A DNA stretch of 64,000 nt from positions 1,738,231 to 1,802,230 of the forward strand of contig CAVNZM010000009.1 of NCBI GenBank assembly GCA_963693365.1, given 5' to 3'. The notes beneath the pieces are model-generated. The model was given only the letters and a program-made list of their open reading frames with translations. It was not told where the DNA came from and made no database searches. This DNA is from Amoebidium appalachense. Taxonomy: Eukaryota; Protista; Ichthyosporea. Both the position numbers and the translations under genes were made by a program. Shown piece by piece: positions 10,581 to 23,475 of the stretch; position 1 is the stretch's first letter, and each line of letters starts with the position of its first letter.

Positions 10581-13354
10581 GTTAGGGCCGAGGAACAAGT
10601 CTTCTGGGAGATAGTAAAAAGGACGGTAGTGGTAGGGGGAAAAGGGAGAACTCTTTTTTCTTTTCTTTTTTCTTTTTTTTTGGGGGGGGGGGAGGGGGGA
10701 GGAGGGGGGGGGGGGGATACCTGTGCTTGTGCTCCCTTCAGCTGCTGATGCGGCGCTTTGATAGTCGTACTTTTGTGATTCAGTGTACCAATAGTCGACT
10801 GGGCTGGTCAAGATAAGAGCACCTGGAGGGATCTTGGCTGCTTCCTCCGCCGGAAGGTTGAATCCAACGTCGTCGAGGAGATTGGGGTCTGATTCCCAAG
10901 GGCAGTCAATGGGGCTGCACCTAAATGGGTCGACAATGGCGATTTGGTGACCCTTGGATGTTTTCAAAGCACCAATGTCGCGACGCTTACGACGCCACAC
11001 CCAGTCATTGACGGGGGGTGCCCAGCTAGCAGAATCCTCAAGCACGTCGACTACATTGTCATCGGTGTTAGAATTCTCTGCTGCCTCCGCAGCCCTCCGC
11101 CATTCAGTAGGCCAGGGCTCGGCGACTAGATTGGGGTCGGAAGTCCAGGTGGGAATTGGGGCAACAAAGTTGGGGCCGACCTGACGGGCTTGGTGTGCCT
11201 CACGGCGGCCCCAATCGACGAGGTTGGGGTCGGAGGTCCAGGTGGGGATGGGGGCAACAAAGTTGGGGTCGACCTGACGGGCTTCATGCGCCTCACGGCG
11301 GCCCCAATCGACGAGGTTGGGGTCGGAGGTCCAGGTGGGGATGGGGGCAACAAAGTTGGGGTCGACCTGGCGCGCTTCATGTGCTTCACGGCGGCCCCAA
11401 TCGACGAGGTTGGGGTCGGAGGTCCAGGTGGGGACGGGGGCAACAAAGTTGGGGTCGACCTGACGTGCTTCATGTGCCTCACGGCGGCCCCAATCGACGA
11501 GGTTGGGGTCGGAGGTCCAGGTGGGGATGGGGGCAACAAAGTTGGGGTCTACCTGATGTGCTTCATGTGCCTCACGGCGGCCCCAATCGACGAGGTTGGA
11601 GTCGGAGGTCCAGGTGGGGATGGGGGCAACAAAGTTGGGGTCGACCTGACGCGCTTCATGTGCCTCACGGCGGCCCCAATCGATGAGGTTGGGGTCGGAG
11701 GTCCAGGTGGGGATGGGGGCAACAAAGTTGGGGTCGACCTGACGGCCTTCATTTGCCTCACGGCGGCCCCAGTCAACGAGGTTGGGGTCGGAGGTCCAGG
11801 TGGGGATGGAGGCAACAAAGTTGGGGTCGACCTGACGCGCTTCATGTGCCTCACGGCGGCCCCAATCGACGAGGTTGGGGTCCGAGGTCCAGGTGGGGAT
11901 GGGGGCAACAAAGTTTGGGTCGACCTGACGGGCTTCATGTGCCTCACGGCGGCCCCAATCGACGAGGTTGGGGTCGGAGGTCCAGGTGGGGATGGGGGCA
12001 ACAAAGTTGGGGTCGACCTGACGGGCTTCATGTGCCTCACGGCGGCCCCAATCGACGAGGTTGGGGTCGGAGGTCCAGGTGGGGATGGGGGCAACAAAGT
12101 TGGGGTCGACCTGACGGGCTTCATGTGCCTCACGGCGCCCCCAATCGACGAGGTTGGGGTCGGCGGTCCAGGTGGGTGGTATGGCTACGAAATTGGGGTC
12201 GACCTGACGGGCTTCGTGTGCCTCACGGCGCCCCCAATCGACGAGGTTGGGGTCGGCGGTCCAGGTGGGTGGTATGGCCACGAAATTGGGGTCGACCTGA
12301 CGGGCTTCATGTGCCTCACGGCGCCCCCAGTTGACGAGGTTGGGGTCGGAGGTCCAGGTGGGTTCCATGGCTACGAAATCCGGGGTGACCCCACCAGTAG
12401 CAGTCGTGGTAGCAGTCGTGGTTTCTGCTGCCGTGGATGGTGCTGGCTGTGCAGGGGCTTTTTTCATCCAACCCATGTAAATGCTCTCTGCATTGGGGTT
12501 GTTGGGCCTGCGCTCGTATTTTCCGGTTTGAGCCAGACGTTCAGCCCATTCCTGCGCATTGCTTGACATCTGCAGGGAAACAGGTCGATTGTCAGCATAA
12601 CCTCTGATAACTTCTTGCTAAAACACAAAATAATCGAGAGATGCTGGCAGGTGTCACGGCAATCTATGATGGCAATAAGCATAGACAAGGGCAACTTTAG
12701 GTGCATTACACTACGTTGAAGGCAGTACAAGATTGTATATCAGTGTGGGCATGTTGCAATTAATTAATTACATGTGTCAAATTTTCTTACCGTGGCGTTG
12801 ATGAGAAGAGAAGGCACCCCGTGGATATTGCGGTAGTGGTTGTGCCGCTTTAGGATGATCTCAGCCACCTGGTCGAGGGGCGAGAAGCTCATCCGTCGTG
12901 AAACATGATGATGTTCCTCTTGGCCTGCTTCAAGCTTTGCTGCCCCATCTTCAGCTTCACGGAGCTCGTCAAGACCTCCTACGGGAAGGCCAAGAGCTGC
13001 AATGGGGACATCAGTTAGTTTATTGCTCCATATCATACTATTCAATGTTAGAAGTGGGGTAAGCAAAACGGTGAAGGAGAAAATGGTTAAGCCATACATT
13101 TCCACACAAAAACATATCTTTCATAATGTCGTATGACGATTTCTTCAAATAGAGGTGCTTGGACTACTCTAGGAACAACCAATATGCCTACTATACATAT
13201 ACCAGCTGGTGTGGGTGTGTACCCAAAAAACTGACACGACCGAGCCTCCCAGCAATGAAGTGAATAAACGAACCAGCTGAGACTTACCAGTCTGAAGCAA
13301 GCCGCTGAGAAGCAAAGCCTTGAGGACCTCGCCGAGTATCTTGTCGGACAGCAT
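9950..13354 (-). CDS. Secreted CAP/SCP (GLIPR2/GAPR-1-like) domain protein of ~758 aa with an internal peptide-repeat insert; exons 13354-13288, 12996-12791, 12569-10721, 10104-9950
   Basis: Signal peptide [30 protein letters not shown] motifs [31 protein letters not shown] (GENL-like), [13 protein letters not shown] and [17 protein letters not shown]...[12 protein letters not shown]...ENVVPP. All three introns are GT-AG with compatible phases; a CTAAC branch point precedes exon 2. Confidence 0.9.
11128..12380 (-). repeat. Coding minisatellite, 93-bp unit (31 aa: [31 protein letters not shown]), 13 WGRR-ending units plus one variant
   Basis: CACGGCGGCCCCAATCG recurs at 11201, 11294 and onward at a 93-bp period. 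The translation contains 13 W-G-R-R motifs and has no frameshift or stop. Confidence 0.97.
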
Positions 13355-13597
13355 GGCGATTTTCAAAGTTTCAGCTTGTAGAAGACGAATCTGCAGACTC
13401 TAGCCTGCCTTGCAGATGTTAGGGCCTCAAAGGAAGGCGGCGGCAGCTTGAAGCACACTCCCGTTGCAGGGTTACTCTTGTCGCCTAGGAAAAAAGACAG
13501 AAGTTAAGACAAGAGCGTAATAATAGTATGCCAAGTCTATGTCTATTGCGCTTCACAAGCTGTAAGCTGGAATGAATGGCGAAACAAAGTATGGCCG

Positions 13598-13770
13598 TTT
13601 TATACCCTTGTGATGCGTGCAGCGTGCCCAAGTTCCCATGAACCGGACTGCACACAAAGTTGTTGCGCGGGTCCGATTGGTTAGCCGAATGCGTTTTTAG
13701 CCAATCATTATGTTGATGCGCGTAAATCCAATCACAAATAGCTGTAGAGCTGCCTTCCAGGCCCAATAGA
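13598..13770 (-). promoter_or_regulatory. Putative promoter of the CAP gene (TATAAAA plus clustered CCAAT boxes)
   Basis: TATAAAA on the minus strand at 13604-13598, ~250 bp upstream of the ATG. Several CCAAT/ATTGG words lie at ~13676-13770. Confidence 0.4.
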
Positions 13771-13845
13771 AATCCAAAGAAAAACCGCATGTGAATACCG
13801 ATCTACTGACGCAAAAAAAGGAAAGGCATGTGTGAGATTTTATAA

Positions 13846-13969
<124 letters not shown>

Positions 13970-14458
13970 AGGTAAACCATGTGTGTGTGTGTGTGCGCGT
14001 ATGTGTGTGTGTGTGTGTATGTGTGTGCGTGCGTTTTTGTGCTAATTAACTTATTTAGAATGTTCATCTCTTTATAAAAAAGATAAATAAATCGTGCATG
14101 TCATGATCACACTTTGTCAAGTCGACGTGTTTGACATCGCGCGTGATCATGATCACGATGGTCACTTTACGTTGCACGTGAATGGCGTTGGTTTGGAAAT
14201 GGAGCCCGCCGTGAAGTACCTTGCTCTAAGGGTCCATGGGAATTATGCTAATATTAGGCTGTGAAAACATGGAGGGCACGTACACCCATGGGAATTCGCC
14301 ACGCACGCACACCTGCAGCTGGCACGCATTCACGTGGTGTTTGTGGATCAACCAGTTATGGCCAACGTCATGAGAAAAAGGACACACGAATGCACATTAC
14401 ATGTTACTGGCTCAAACAAGTGCCACCGGGCGTTGAAACGCAACATTTGTCGAACACT

Positions 14459-14666
14459 AAACGGGCACGTGTCAAACACCGACTCGAGTGGGTTGATGTT
14501 GAACGCCTGCCACAGTGGACGTGTGCGCGCACGAGGACAGGCACACAATCAATGCACACGAACACACACGCACGCACGCACGCACGCCCGCCCTCAAGTA
14601 CGCACACACACACGCACACACGCACACTTGCGCAACACAACCCGCGAGAACACACAAGTAGTCCAA

Positions 14667-14697
<31 letters not shown>

Positions 14698-15440
14698 GTG
14701 TCAAAAACTAATTAAAACACACGACACACCAACCCACACTACAAAGTCTTTACCACAGGCACGAATGCACACATGCACAATGCACACGAGCTCACACGCG
14801 ACAAGGCAACACGCATACGTGCGTGTGCGCACGGACACACACACACACACGCACACACGTGCACCCACACATACACACGTGCACATACACATATGCCACA
14901 CGTACAGAATGGCATGGCCACTCACGCACACACACACACACACACACACGCGCGCGACTGTCCCCGGGGTCCGGCAAATTCTAAGCACACACACACACAG
15001 ACACAGACACACATACACACAGAGAGAGACACACGCACACACACACACGCACGCACGAACGCACGCAAACGGGCACGTGTTAAACACCGACTCGAGTGGG
15101 TTGATGTTGAACGCCTGCCACAGTGGACGTGTGCGCGCACGAGGACAGGCACACAATCAATGCACACGAACACACACGCACGCGCGCACGCCCACCCGCC
15201 CGCAAGTACGCACACACACACGCACACACGCACACTTGCACAACACAACCCACGAGATCACACAAGTAGTCCAACCCCCCCCCCTCCACACACACACACA
15301 CACGTGTCAAAAACTAATTAAAACACACGACACACCAACCCACACTACAAAGTCTTTACCACAGGCACGAATGCACACATGCACAATGCACACGAGCTCA
15401 CACGCGACAAGGCAACACGCATACGTGCGTGTGCGCACGG

Positions 15441-15472
<32 letters not shown>

Positions 15473-15685
15473 ACCCACACATACACACGTGCACATACAC
15501 ACATGCCACATGTACAGAATGGCATGGCCACTCACGCACACACACACACACACACACACGCGCGCGACTGTCCCCGGGGTCCGGCAAATTCTAAGCACAC
15601 ACACACACAGACACAGACACACACATACACACAGAGAGAGAGACACGCACACACACACACACGCACGCACGAACGCACGCACACG
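14459..15685. repeat. Near-identical direct tandem duplication of a ~610-bp CA-rich unit
   Basis: AAACGGGCACGTGT-AAACACCGACTCGAGTGGGTTGATGTTGAACGCC at 14459 and 15067. GTCAAAAACTAATTAAAACACACGAC and GACTGTCCCCGGGGTCCGGCAAATTCTAAGC also recur ~600-610 bp apart. Confidence 0.9.
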
Positions 15686-15932
15686 CACTTCATTTAAAGT
15701 AAGTGCAATTGCACATTCATTCAGCAAGGCGGCATTCGCACAGTGAAATAAACCATCCGGTCAAAGGAAGTTGCTAATATCGTCGAAGCTCAAAAGGGTT
15801 CGAGAATGGATGCAACAAGGAGACAAAAGGTACAGCATTCAGGTCAGCCGACCGTGTAAACAACCACATATGCATGTAGATTGGCCACAAATCTTGGCAA
15901 GTAGATGGCAACACAAAATGTGCTCACGAAAT

Positions 15933-15985
<53 letters not shown>

Positions 15986-16029
15986 TGCAGGGACGCAAAT
16001 TTAGGAGTCTTTCGAACGAAAAATAACCA

Positions 16030-18809
16030 TCAATCCTTCTTTTTCTGCTCCTTCGTTTTAGTCTTAAGACCATTTCCTTCTTGTTCCTTTTCCCTTCCTG
16101 GTATCGGTCTGTGCAGTAGTTCGGGTTCGATGTCTTCCAGATCTTCCGGCCGTGCCGGGCCCACTCTCTGTGGTGGGTCTTCTTTGGGTTTGAGCATTGT
16201 CTGATAGATATCTCCGCGAAGATACATCCACATCTCTGCCACAAGCGCAAGGAGCCCGGCCAGAGTCCCTGCAAGGACACGCTGTGGCGGTTTTCGAGTG
16301 TGGGTGTGTGTGCATGTGTGGCGCGCGCTCGTGTGATATGTAGCAGTGTTTGATACGAAGATTCGGAGAGTTGGTAGATACGAGGCAAGCAGGCGGCAAG
16401 TGCAGCGAGAACGCATGTTTGTGTTGGTGGGTGTGTGGGTGGGTGGGTTGAAAGGTGTGTATATGTTTGTGTGCGTGGGAGGGCAGGGAGGAAGAGGAGA
16501 GGTGGGCGGGTGGGTGGGTGGGTGGGTGGGTGGGTGGGTTGGGGGGGGGGGGGGGGGGGGGGGGGGAGGGACGCATGGCAGCAGGAGAGATGATGCGGTG
16601 CTGTGGGAAAAGAAAAACATATCAGATACAAAATCTTCCTTGTGCAGGGGGTATACCAGTAAATAATCTCCATCAAGAGAGGGGGGGGGGGGGGGGGGGG
16701 GGTTGGTAGATGCAGTGTGACTGGAGTGTTTAGAGTATGTGGGAGTAGAGAGACAGCACCAAGGTGTGGATGTCTGTATGTGACCTAATGATTACTCTGC
16801 TTCCGTTATGATTACGGGAGAAAAAATAAAGCGCACACGGATCGTTATGCTTAGCCTAGGCTGTGTTTGTATTTTTTGACGGCAAATTACTGAAAAAGAG
16901 CCAATTTTCTTTGAATGATCTGCCTAGAAGAGGGTATCGATTGTAAGATTATTTGAAGCGAATAAAGATCTGACCACACAATTCACCCAACCATAGCACT
17001 GAGCCAATGCATTGGTGCCCAAAGCCACAAATGAGTTTGATACTCATCAGTGAAACATTAACACGTGGGCCGAAGGATTTTTGCCCGAGATTATTACATG
17101 GACACTGCTGGGACATGGTAGGCTGGTAGGTATCAATTCTGCAGAGGGCAAGGAATGTGTGCACAGACATGTAAATGTGCAGTGTGTGCAAGGCAGTGAT
17201 AAATGCTGAGAGAGTAAACATATACATACAAGCACAGCGTGACCTGTGTGTGTGTGTGTGCGTGAGTGGGCGTTTTTCTATTTTGTGTGTGTGGGAGTGT
17301 GTATGCATGTGCATCCATGAGCGATCACCTAAACCCCCAACCGTGTTTCGTGTTAAGCAAATGTCACCCTCTACCACCACCCCAGTGCCCCCCCCCCCCT
17401 TCCCACACACACACACACACACACACACACGTATACAAAACCTAGATGCACGTACCCAGTGGTGATCCAGCAGATGTGCCGTGGCGTAGTAGATGAAGAA
17501 GAACACACCGACCAGGGACACAAGCATGTTGACCATCATCATCACCTGCTGCTTGACGGACTGCAGCGCATACCCAGTTAGCATCCGGCTCTGATTTTTC
17601 TTTTGTTCTTTTTTCTTGTCTTCTTCTTATTCGTCATCTTCTCTTCCCCCCCCCCCCCCCCCCCTTTTTCTTTGAGAAGGGGGGGGGGGGGGAGGGAGGA
17701 GACATGGAGTGGGGGGAGGGGGTGGATGGTTGGGTGAATATTCGGTCCCGAGAGAGGGGGGGGGGAGGGGGAGGGGGGAGGGGGAGGGGGAGGGGGGAGG
17801 GGGATAGTGGTGGCTATAAAGTGCAGTAACAGAACATAGATCTGAAAGACAATATGGAGGCACCCAGCATAATGATAGCTCCTTCCAGCAAAATCTCCAG
17901 CTGCGGCAGCCAGGGGAGACAGAGGGGGGGGGGGGGGGGGGGGAGTTTGGGGAGGAGGGAGGGAAGGGGGGGCGGGGGGGGGGGGGAGAGGGGGAGGGGG
18001 GGGGGAGCCGAGGGGGGAGGGGGGGGAACAAGCAAGATAAGCCGGGATAAGTAAAAAAGCAAGGGGAAGGAGCGTGTGGCTGGAAGCGCTTGTGTTTGAG
18101 AAGGAAGGCCGTGCTGGCACGGGTGCCGGCAGGCAGACGGGGGGCTCGAATCTAATACACAAGCACCATGCACAAACTCTCAAGCTCACAACGGATGCAT
18201 AGTATATTGCGGACGTGAGAAAACGAACAGGCACAAATATGCAAGAGTCGAATTCACTCGGCAGGGTTGGGGGGGGGGGGGGGGGGAGGAGGAGGAGGGG
18301 GGGGAATATCCATCTGACGACTGGGACTCGGTGATGTGTGAGTGGTTAGTGAAAGTAGCATTAGAAAGGAGGAGATGTAGTAGATATGTGTGCGGTGATG
18401 GGCAAAAGGTTTCATTGACAATGGGAAAATGTTCTGTGTAAAATGCACCACCCGCACAGAGCCACGTAACACCAACATCATCTCTAGCGTTGAGACACAC
18501 ACAGCAATAGATCCCCAACGATTATACCTTTATGTCATGGATATCTCTCCTTCTCTGCTCATACATTACGCCTCTATCCACGTTTGCTGTGACTCGCTTG
18601 TACTCTTTCTCTGCAAGTTCTGCTTGCAACTTTTCAAGCCGTGCAACCAACTCTGGGTTCTGTGTGGAAGAGAATATCAGAAATATGAAGTGACCTCCAC
18701 TGAAAGCCCTTCAGGGAAAAAGGAATAAAACCACGTGTCCAAGAACGACAAGCACTGAAGTAATGGAAATTAGAAATGGGGATGTGGTGGTGGTGGTGGT
18801 GGTGGTGGT

Positions 18810-18867
<58 letters not shown>

Positions 18868-21002
18868 GGGGGGCAACAAGAGAATACTGATGGCCATTCG
18901 TTGGCTGGCATAGAACGGCGACCCTCCCTTCCACATCACTAGAAGGGCCGAGGGGATAGAGAGAGTGAGAACGAGGGGGAAAAGGGGGGAGGGGGAGGGG
19001 GGTTTGGAGGAGAGGATGAGCCGGAAGGATATGGAAAAGAAGAATGAGTTAAAGAGACTTGAAGGGTGGAGGGAGAAAGGGAAAAAGAAGAAGAGAGGAA
19101 GGGAATATGGGGGGGGGGGGGGGGGGGGGGGAGGGGGGGGAGGGGGGAGAAGGGGGAGGGGGGAGGGAAGCGAGCTGGCAAGAGAAAGGGAGAGACAGAA
19201 GGGAGCCGGGGGGTGGGGGGGGGTTTGAATGCGTCATAAAGTACGAAGTACACAAGAACAACGGATAACACGATGCAGAATGCAAACCATACATAAAAGA
19301 ATATGCATAATACGCAGAGCCCATCCTCAGGGGGGGCCCACGTCATCCACAGTACCCGAGTTTCGACCCATTCACTCCCGCGGGGGGGGGGGGGGGGGGG
19401 GGGGAGGACGGACGGAGGGGGGTGGGGGGAGGTTGGGGAAGAGAGAGAGACAGAGAAAAAAAATCCAGCCCTTACCACACCCACCAAGACACCGACACAT
19501 CTACGTGCATGGACAACGGTAGAGACGCCATAACCGCCACAAAAACAAGGCTCAACGTTACACACTGACCATAATTTCTACTGTTCTTTACCACCAAACA
19601 CCTGCACGACCACCTACACATCTACAAATATTATGCATATGCACACCCACACGAGAGGAGTTGTAGTGATCGACCCCTACAAGCATCACTGCAAACACCA
19701 CCCACATACTGTTCTTAATGGAAACCCAAAATCCCTCCCCCCCCCCCCCCCCCCCCATACTTTTTCTCTCATCAGCACAACAAGCGATATTTTCCTAACG
19801 TCAAGCAGCCCATCCCATCCTCCCCACCCCCCTTTCACTCCTTCAAGCGTTTCCCTCTCTTCTATAACCACCACCCTCCCCCCTCCCTCCCCCCGCCCAC
19901 CTCCCCCTCTCCCCACAACTTCCCATCCCCCCCCCCCCCCCCCCCGCCCCCAACCCACCCTCCATCCCTTCCTTTCACCCCTCAACACCTTCCCATCCTT
20001 CCTACTTCTCCGCTCCCCATATCCAATCTCCCCCCTAACCCCATCCCCACCCCCACCCTTTTCCGGTCACCTTCCTGTTGCTTCTCCAAACTTACCCCCC
20101 CCCCCCCCCCCCCCCTCCCCCCCTCTCGCCCTCCCAAAAAAAAGATTCGCAATATTTCTGTAATGTCCGTAACGTGTGATATATTACTGTGTAAGCCTCT
20201 CCCCTTTCTCCTTTCCCTTCACTGCCTCACTTAGTCTCTCACCTTCCGCCCCACCCCTTGCCCCATATCCATTCCCTCATTCCCATCCTCCCACCTTGGT
20301 TACATCTCATTCGCGTAGTAAACAAACACAGCCACCTACCCTTGGTGGTGGCACATATGGCTCTTCGTATATGCCCGTGCCTTGCAGCAACTCATGAAGG
20401 TAGAGTTGTGTTTTGCCTAATAGGAAAACAAATAAAGTTAGTGTTACTTATTTTAGAATATTGCTTGTCTGTAATGTAACCTGCTCGAAAATAACAAAGA
20501 AAGGCCTTGGCCTGTAACCAGTCCCCTTACTACCCCTCTCTCCCAACTACTACCACCAAGGCCCCCTCCTTTCCTCCCCCCCCCCCCCCCCCCCCCCCCT
20601 CGCCCCCTCAACCCCGGTCCTTCCATCCTCTCCCCCGTTCCATTCGTTTCTTTCCAGCCCCCTACTCCGCCCACCTACGATGCTGACTTGCCAGTTCACC
20701 CCCCCCCCCCCCCCCCCCCCCTCCCCCCCTCTCCCCGATTCCCCCCATCCCCTCGTCCCCCCTCGCCCCCCCCCGTCCCCACCCCCACCCCCCTCCCCTC
20801 CCTTTCCCACCAGCCTCTGTCAGTCATGCTGCCTGTCTTCCTTTACGCTTCCGCCCAAAGCATTTGATTCACTCTTGCCAAGTTTCTTAGTCAGGCAGAT
20901 CCATTCATCCATTCTCTTTTTCCCTTTTTGCCCCTCCCCCCGTCCCCCCCTCCTCCCCACCACAAACACCCAGCCCTCCTCCTCCCTTCTCCCCTTTTAC
21001 CT

Positions 21003-21033
<31 letters not shown>

Positions 21034-21488
21034 AAACCCCCAACTCCCCACCCCCACCTGCCTCACGCGTACACTCACACGTCACTTATCCACGCCCTTT
21101 CTCTCTCAGGCACCGGAAACTCGTCGTAGACACTTCCCCTATTTCGTTTACCAGTGCCAAGCATGCCCCTGTGCCTCAAAAAGTTACAAACAAATGTGGA
21201 ATTCAAGCCGCTCAATCATTGCTTGCCAAAGTCACCAAAATAGTGCACACAGTGAAATTCAATGCTGCATTCAGCTAACTAACTGACCAGCTCACCTTTT
21301 TCTCGCAACGTCTTCCACGCGTCCCTCACTAGCGTATACTCTACCGCTGCATCTTTCTCTGGCTCCCCAGTTCCCTTGACCAGCCCAAGTGCCTTCGCCT
21401 CCTTCTGTGTTTTGGGGTCGAGCTCTTGCAACCCATCCTTAAGAAACGCTGCAATGCCCTTCGTGAGCGATATCCTTACCCCTGCCAT
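16030..21488 (-). CDS. TMEM199: V-ATPase assembly factor TMEM199/Vma12; exons 21488-21296, 20416-20340, 18659-18528, 17560-17456, 16281-16030
   Basis: LYLHELLQGTGIY...PPPR/NPELVARLEKLQAELAEKEYKRVTANV, followed by two hydrophobic helices (MMVNMLVSLVGVFFFIYYAT; VLAGTLAGLLALVAEMWMYL) and a C-terminal KKKD ER-retrieval motif. Splice phases are consistent. Confidence 0.88.
19222..19375 (-). repeat. Structured intronic repeat family, copy A (TMEM199 intron 2, sense orientation)
   Basis: Near-identical to 26516-26670. Minus strand reads GGGTCGAAACTCGGGTACTGTGGATGACGTGGGCCCCCCCTGAGGATGGGCTCTGC...GCATTCAAACC followed by a C-tract. Confidence 0.85.
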
Positions 21489-23304
21489 TCTGTTGCAAAA
21501 TTTTTACTGCAATTCAGGAGCACTAGTTCCTGGGTTCTGTTGACCTTCCTGACACTAGGCTAAGACTTCATGCACGTCAAAAAAAGTATTCGCTCCCGAG
21601 TGAAAGCAACTGGCTTGGAAAGCTCGACTCGGCTCTCGCCGAGAATTTTTGCAGCTGGGGAGTTTTCGCGCCATTACCAAATCAGGCTTATCGAGCTGGC
21701 ATCAGTCCAAACCAGGGAGTCCAACTGGCCCTCTGAAGCGATCAGTCGGGCGGGCCTCAGGCTGTGTCACTGTGTGCAGCGCGCGCGCGCGTGTGTGTGC
21801 GTGTGCACGTCTCTCTCTCTGTGTGTGCCACGTGCACGTGTAAGATGTGCGTGTTCGTGACCGTTTGTACGAGTTGCAGTATTCTGTTTTTGCGTCCGTG
21901 ACAGCTGCTCATATGCCGTCACTAACACTTGGCCATGGATGCGGAGCGCGCAGGGACTCGTTACTCCATAGTCATGTTTACGTATGTGGTAGAATTTCAA
22001 TGGGATGAGTTCACGGACGCCGGACTGTTGTGTTTTTGCACTTTGGTGCCTAATATTGGTGTGGAGGTCCTCGTGCATGCTCTGTGGAGTGTGTGGATAT
22101 ATGAACGTATCTATCCGGCAGCGTACGTGCCTGTACGTGTGCGCATGCGTGCATATATACGTATACATGCATGCTCCATCTTTGAGGCACAGACGTACAC
22201 ATGCGTGATACAGTGTGGTAGTGTGTGTGTACACATGTACACGTGATGTTTCGTTCGTTGTTGTGATGGATGAACCTTGGACATCATGGTGTGGTGTAAG
22301 TGAGCGGGTGTTTTTGGGTGGTTTGGTGGGTGGGCCGCGGTGACCTTGGGAGCCGGACCGGAAAGGAAGTCTTGATGGGGAAGGGGGAAAGAAGGACAAG
22401 GAAGAGAAAAGACAAGATTTCGAGAACACACATTCTTAACACATTTTGAAATTGCTATCAAAGAGAAAGGGGGTTGCCAACCGTGGAGCTAGAAATGGGG
22501 TGCTACGGGGGTGCTACTTATCATAGTAATAAAGGGATCATCCATACTGGTATTGTAGTAACATTATTGTTGTGTGTGGTCGCGCACCCACATGCGTGTG
22601 TTTGCGTGTGTCCGTGCTGAAGGAGGAGGTGGTGGTGGTGGGGGGGGGGGGGGAGGGGGGAAGAGAGAGAGAGGGGGGGGAGGGGAGGGGAGGGGGAGGA
22701 GGGGGGAGGACAGGGGGGAGGGGGGTTGGGGACGAACACATCACATGCGATCGATCAAAAATCAGGTAAGCCATGCAGAGCACAAAATCTGAACTTTGTT
22801 TCTTCGTTTCTCCACAGGAGTCTAAACTTCACCTGCCCGGCCAGCCGGCTACAGACGGCCATGTTTATTTTGAGACATGTGGCTACATGATGCTATAGCT
22901 TCGAGAACTTCTAGATGTCTAAAACCAAGGATTAAACACGAAACAAGACGTTGGAAAACCACACCAACTCTACGGCTTGAATTATCTGTTTCTTCATTAT
23001 GTGGATCCTGGGGAATGGACCAAGAAACGAGCGGGTGTGTTTATACTGCTACCTAAAGTATCTCCTTCATGCATGCAAACCACTATATACATGCTGTATA
23101 TCCTTCAGACAGGCGCGAAAACGAGACGCCAAACTATTTCCGAAAAAGTTATGCATGTGGGCTTCTGCCAACACCCACACTTACCATTCATTACTCTCTG
23201 CAAAATATCGTTCGCTATGTGTTAGGTGTCTCATAATACAGCTAACTGTACCAACGCATACTCCCTTGCTTATCTTTACAACTAAAAGTATAATGCCATG
23301 TTAT

Positions 23305-23421
23305 CTAGCTGGCTCTACCCTCTTTAAGCTCGTGCATAAACAGGTGCAGGCGTGGGAGGTAGTCGGGGTGCATTTCAAGGTCGTTATGGCCGGCCCCCTC
23401 TGCCCACAGCGGTTCGAGAGG

Positions 23422-23475
<54 letters not shown>

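Noticed and set aside
11128-12380. Possible CRISPR-like array
   Set aside because: Units are contiguous near-identical repeats with no unique spacers, lie within a eukaryotic exon, and have no cas genes nearby.
11190-12566. 458-aa antisense ORF over the CAP repeat
   Set aside because: A stop-free 93-bp unit automatically gives long frames on the other strand. Only the minus frame has a signal peptide, splice sites and CAP motifs.
14261-15746. 478-aa His/Thr-rich ORF and overlapping Cys/Val ORFs
   Set aside because: Products of (CA)n-rich sequence duplicated in tandem; the duplication could also be an assembly artefact.
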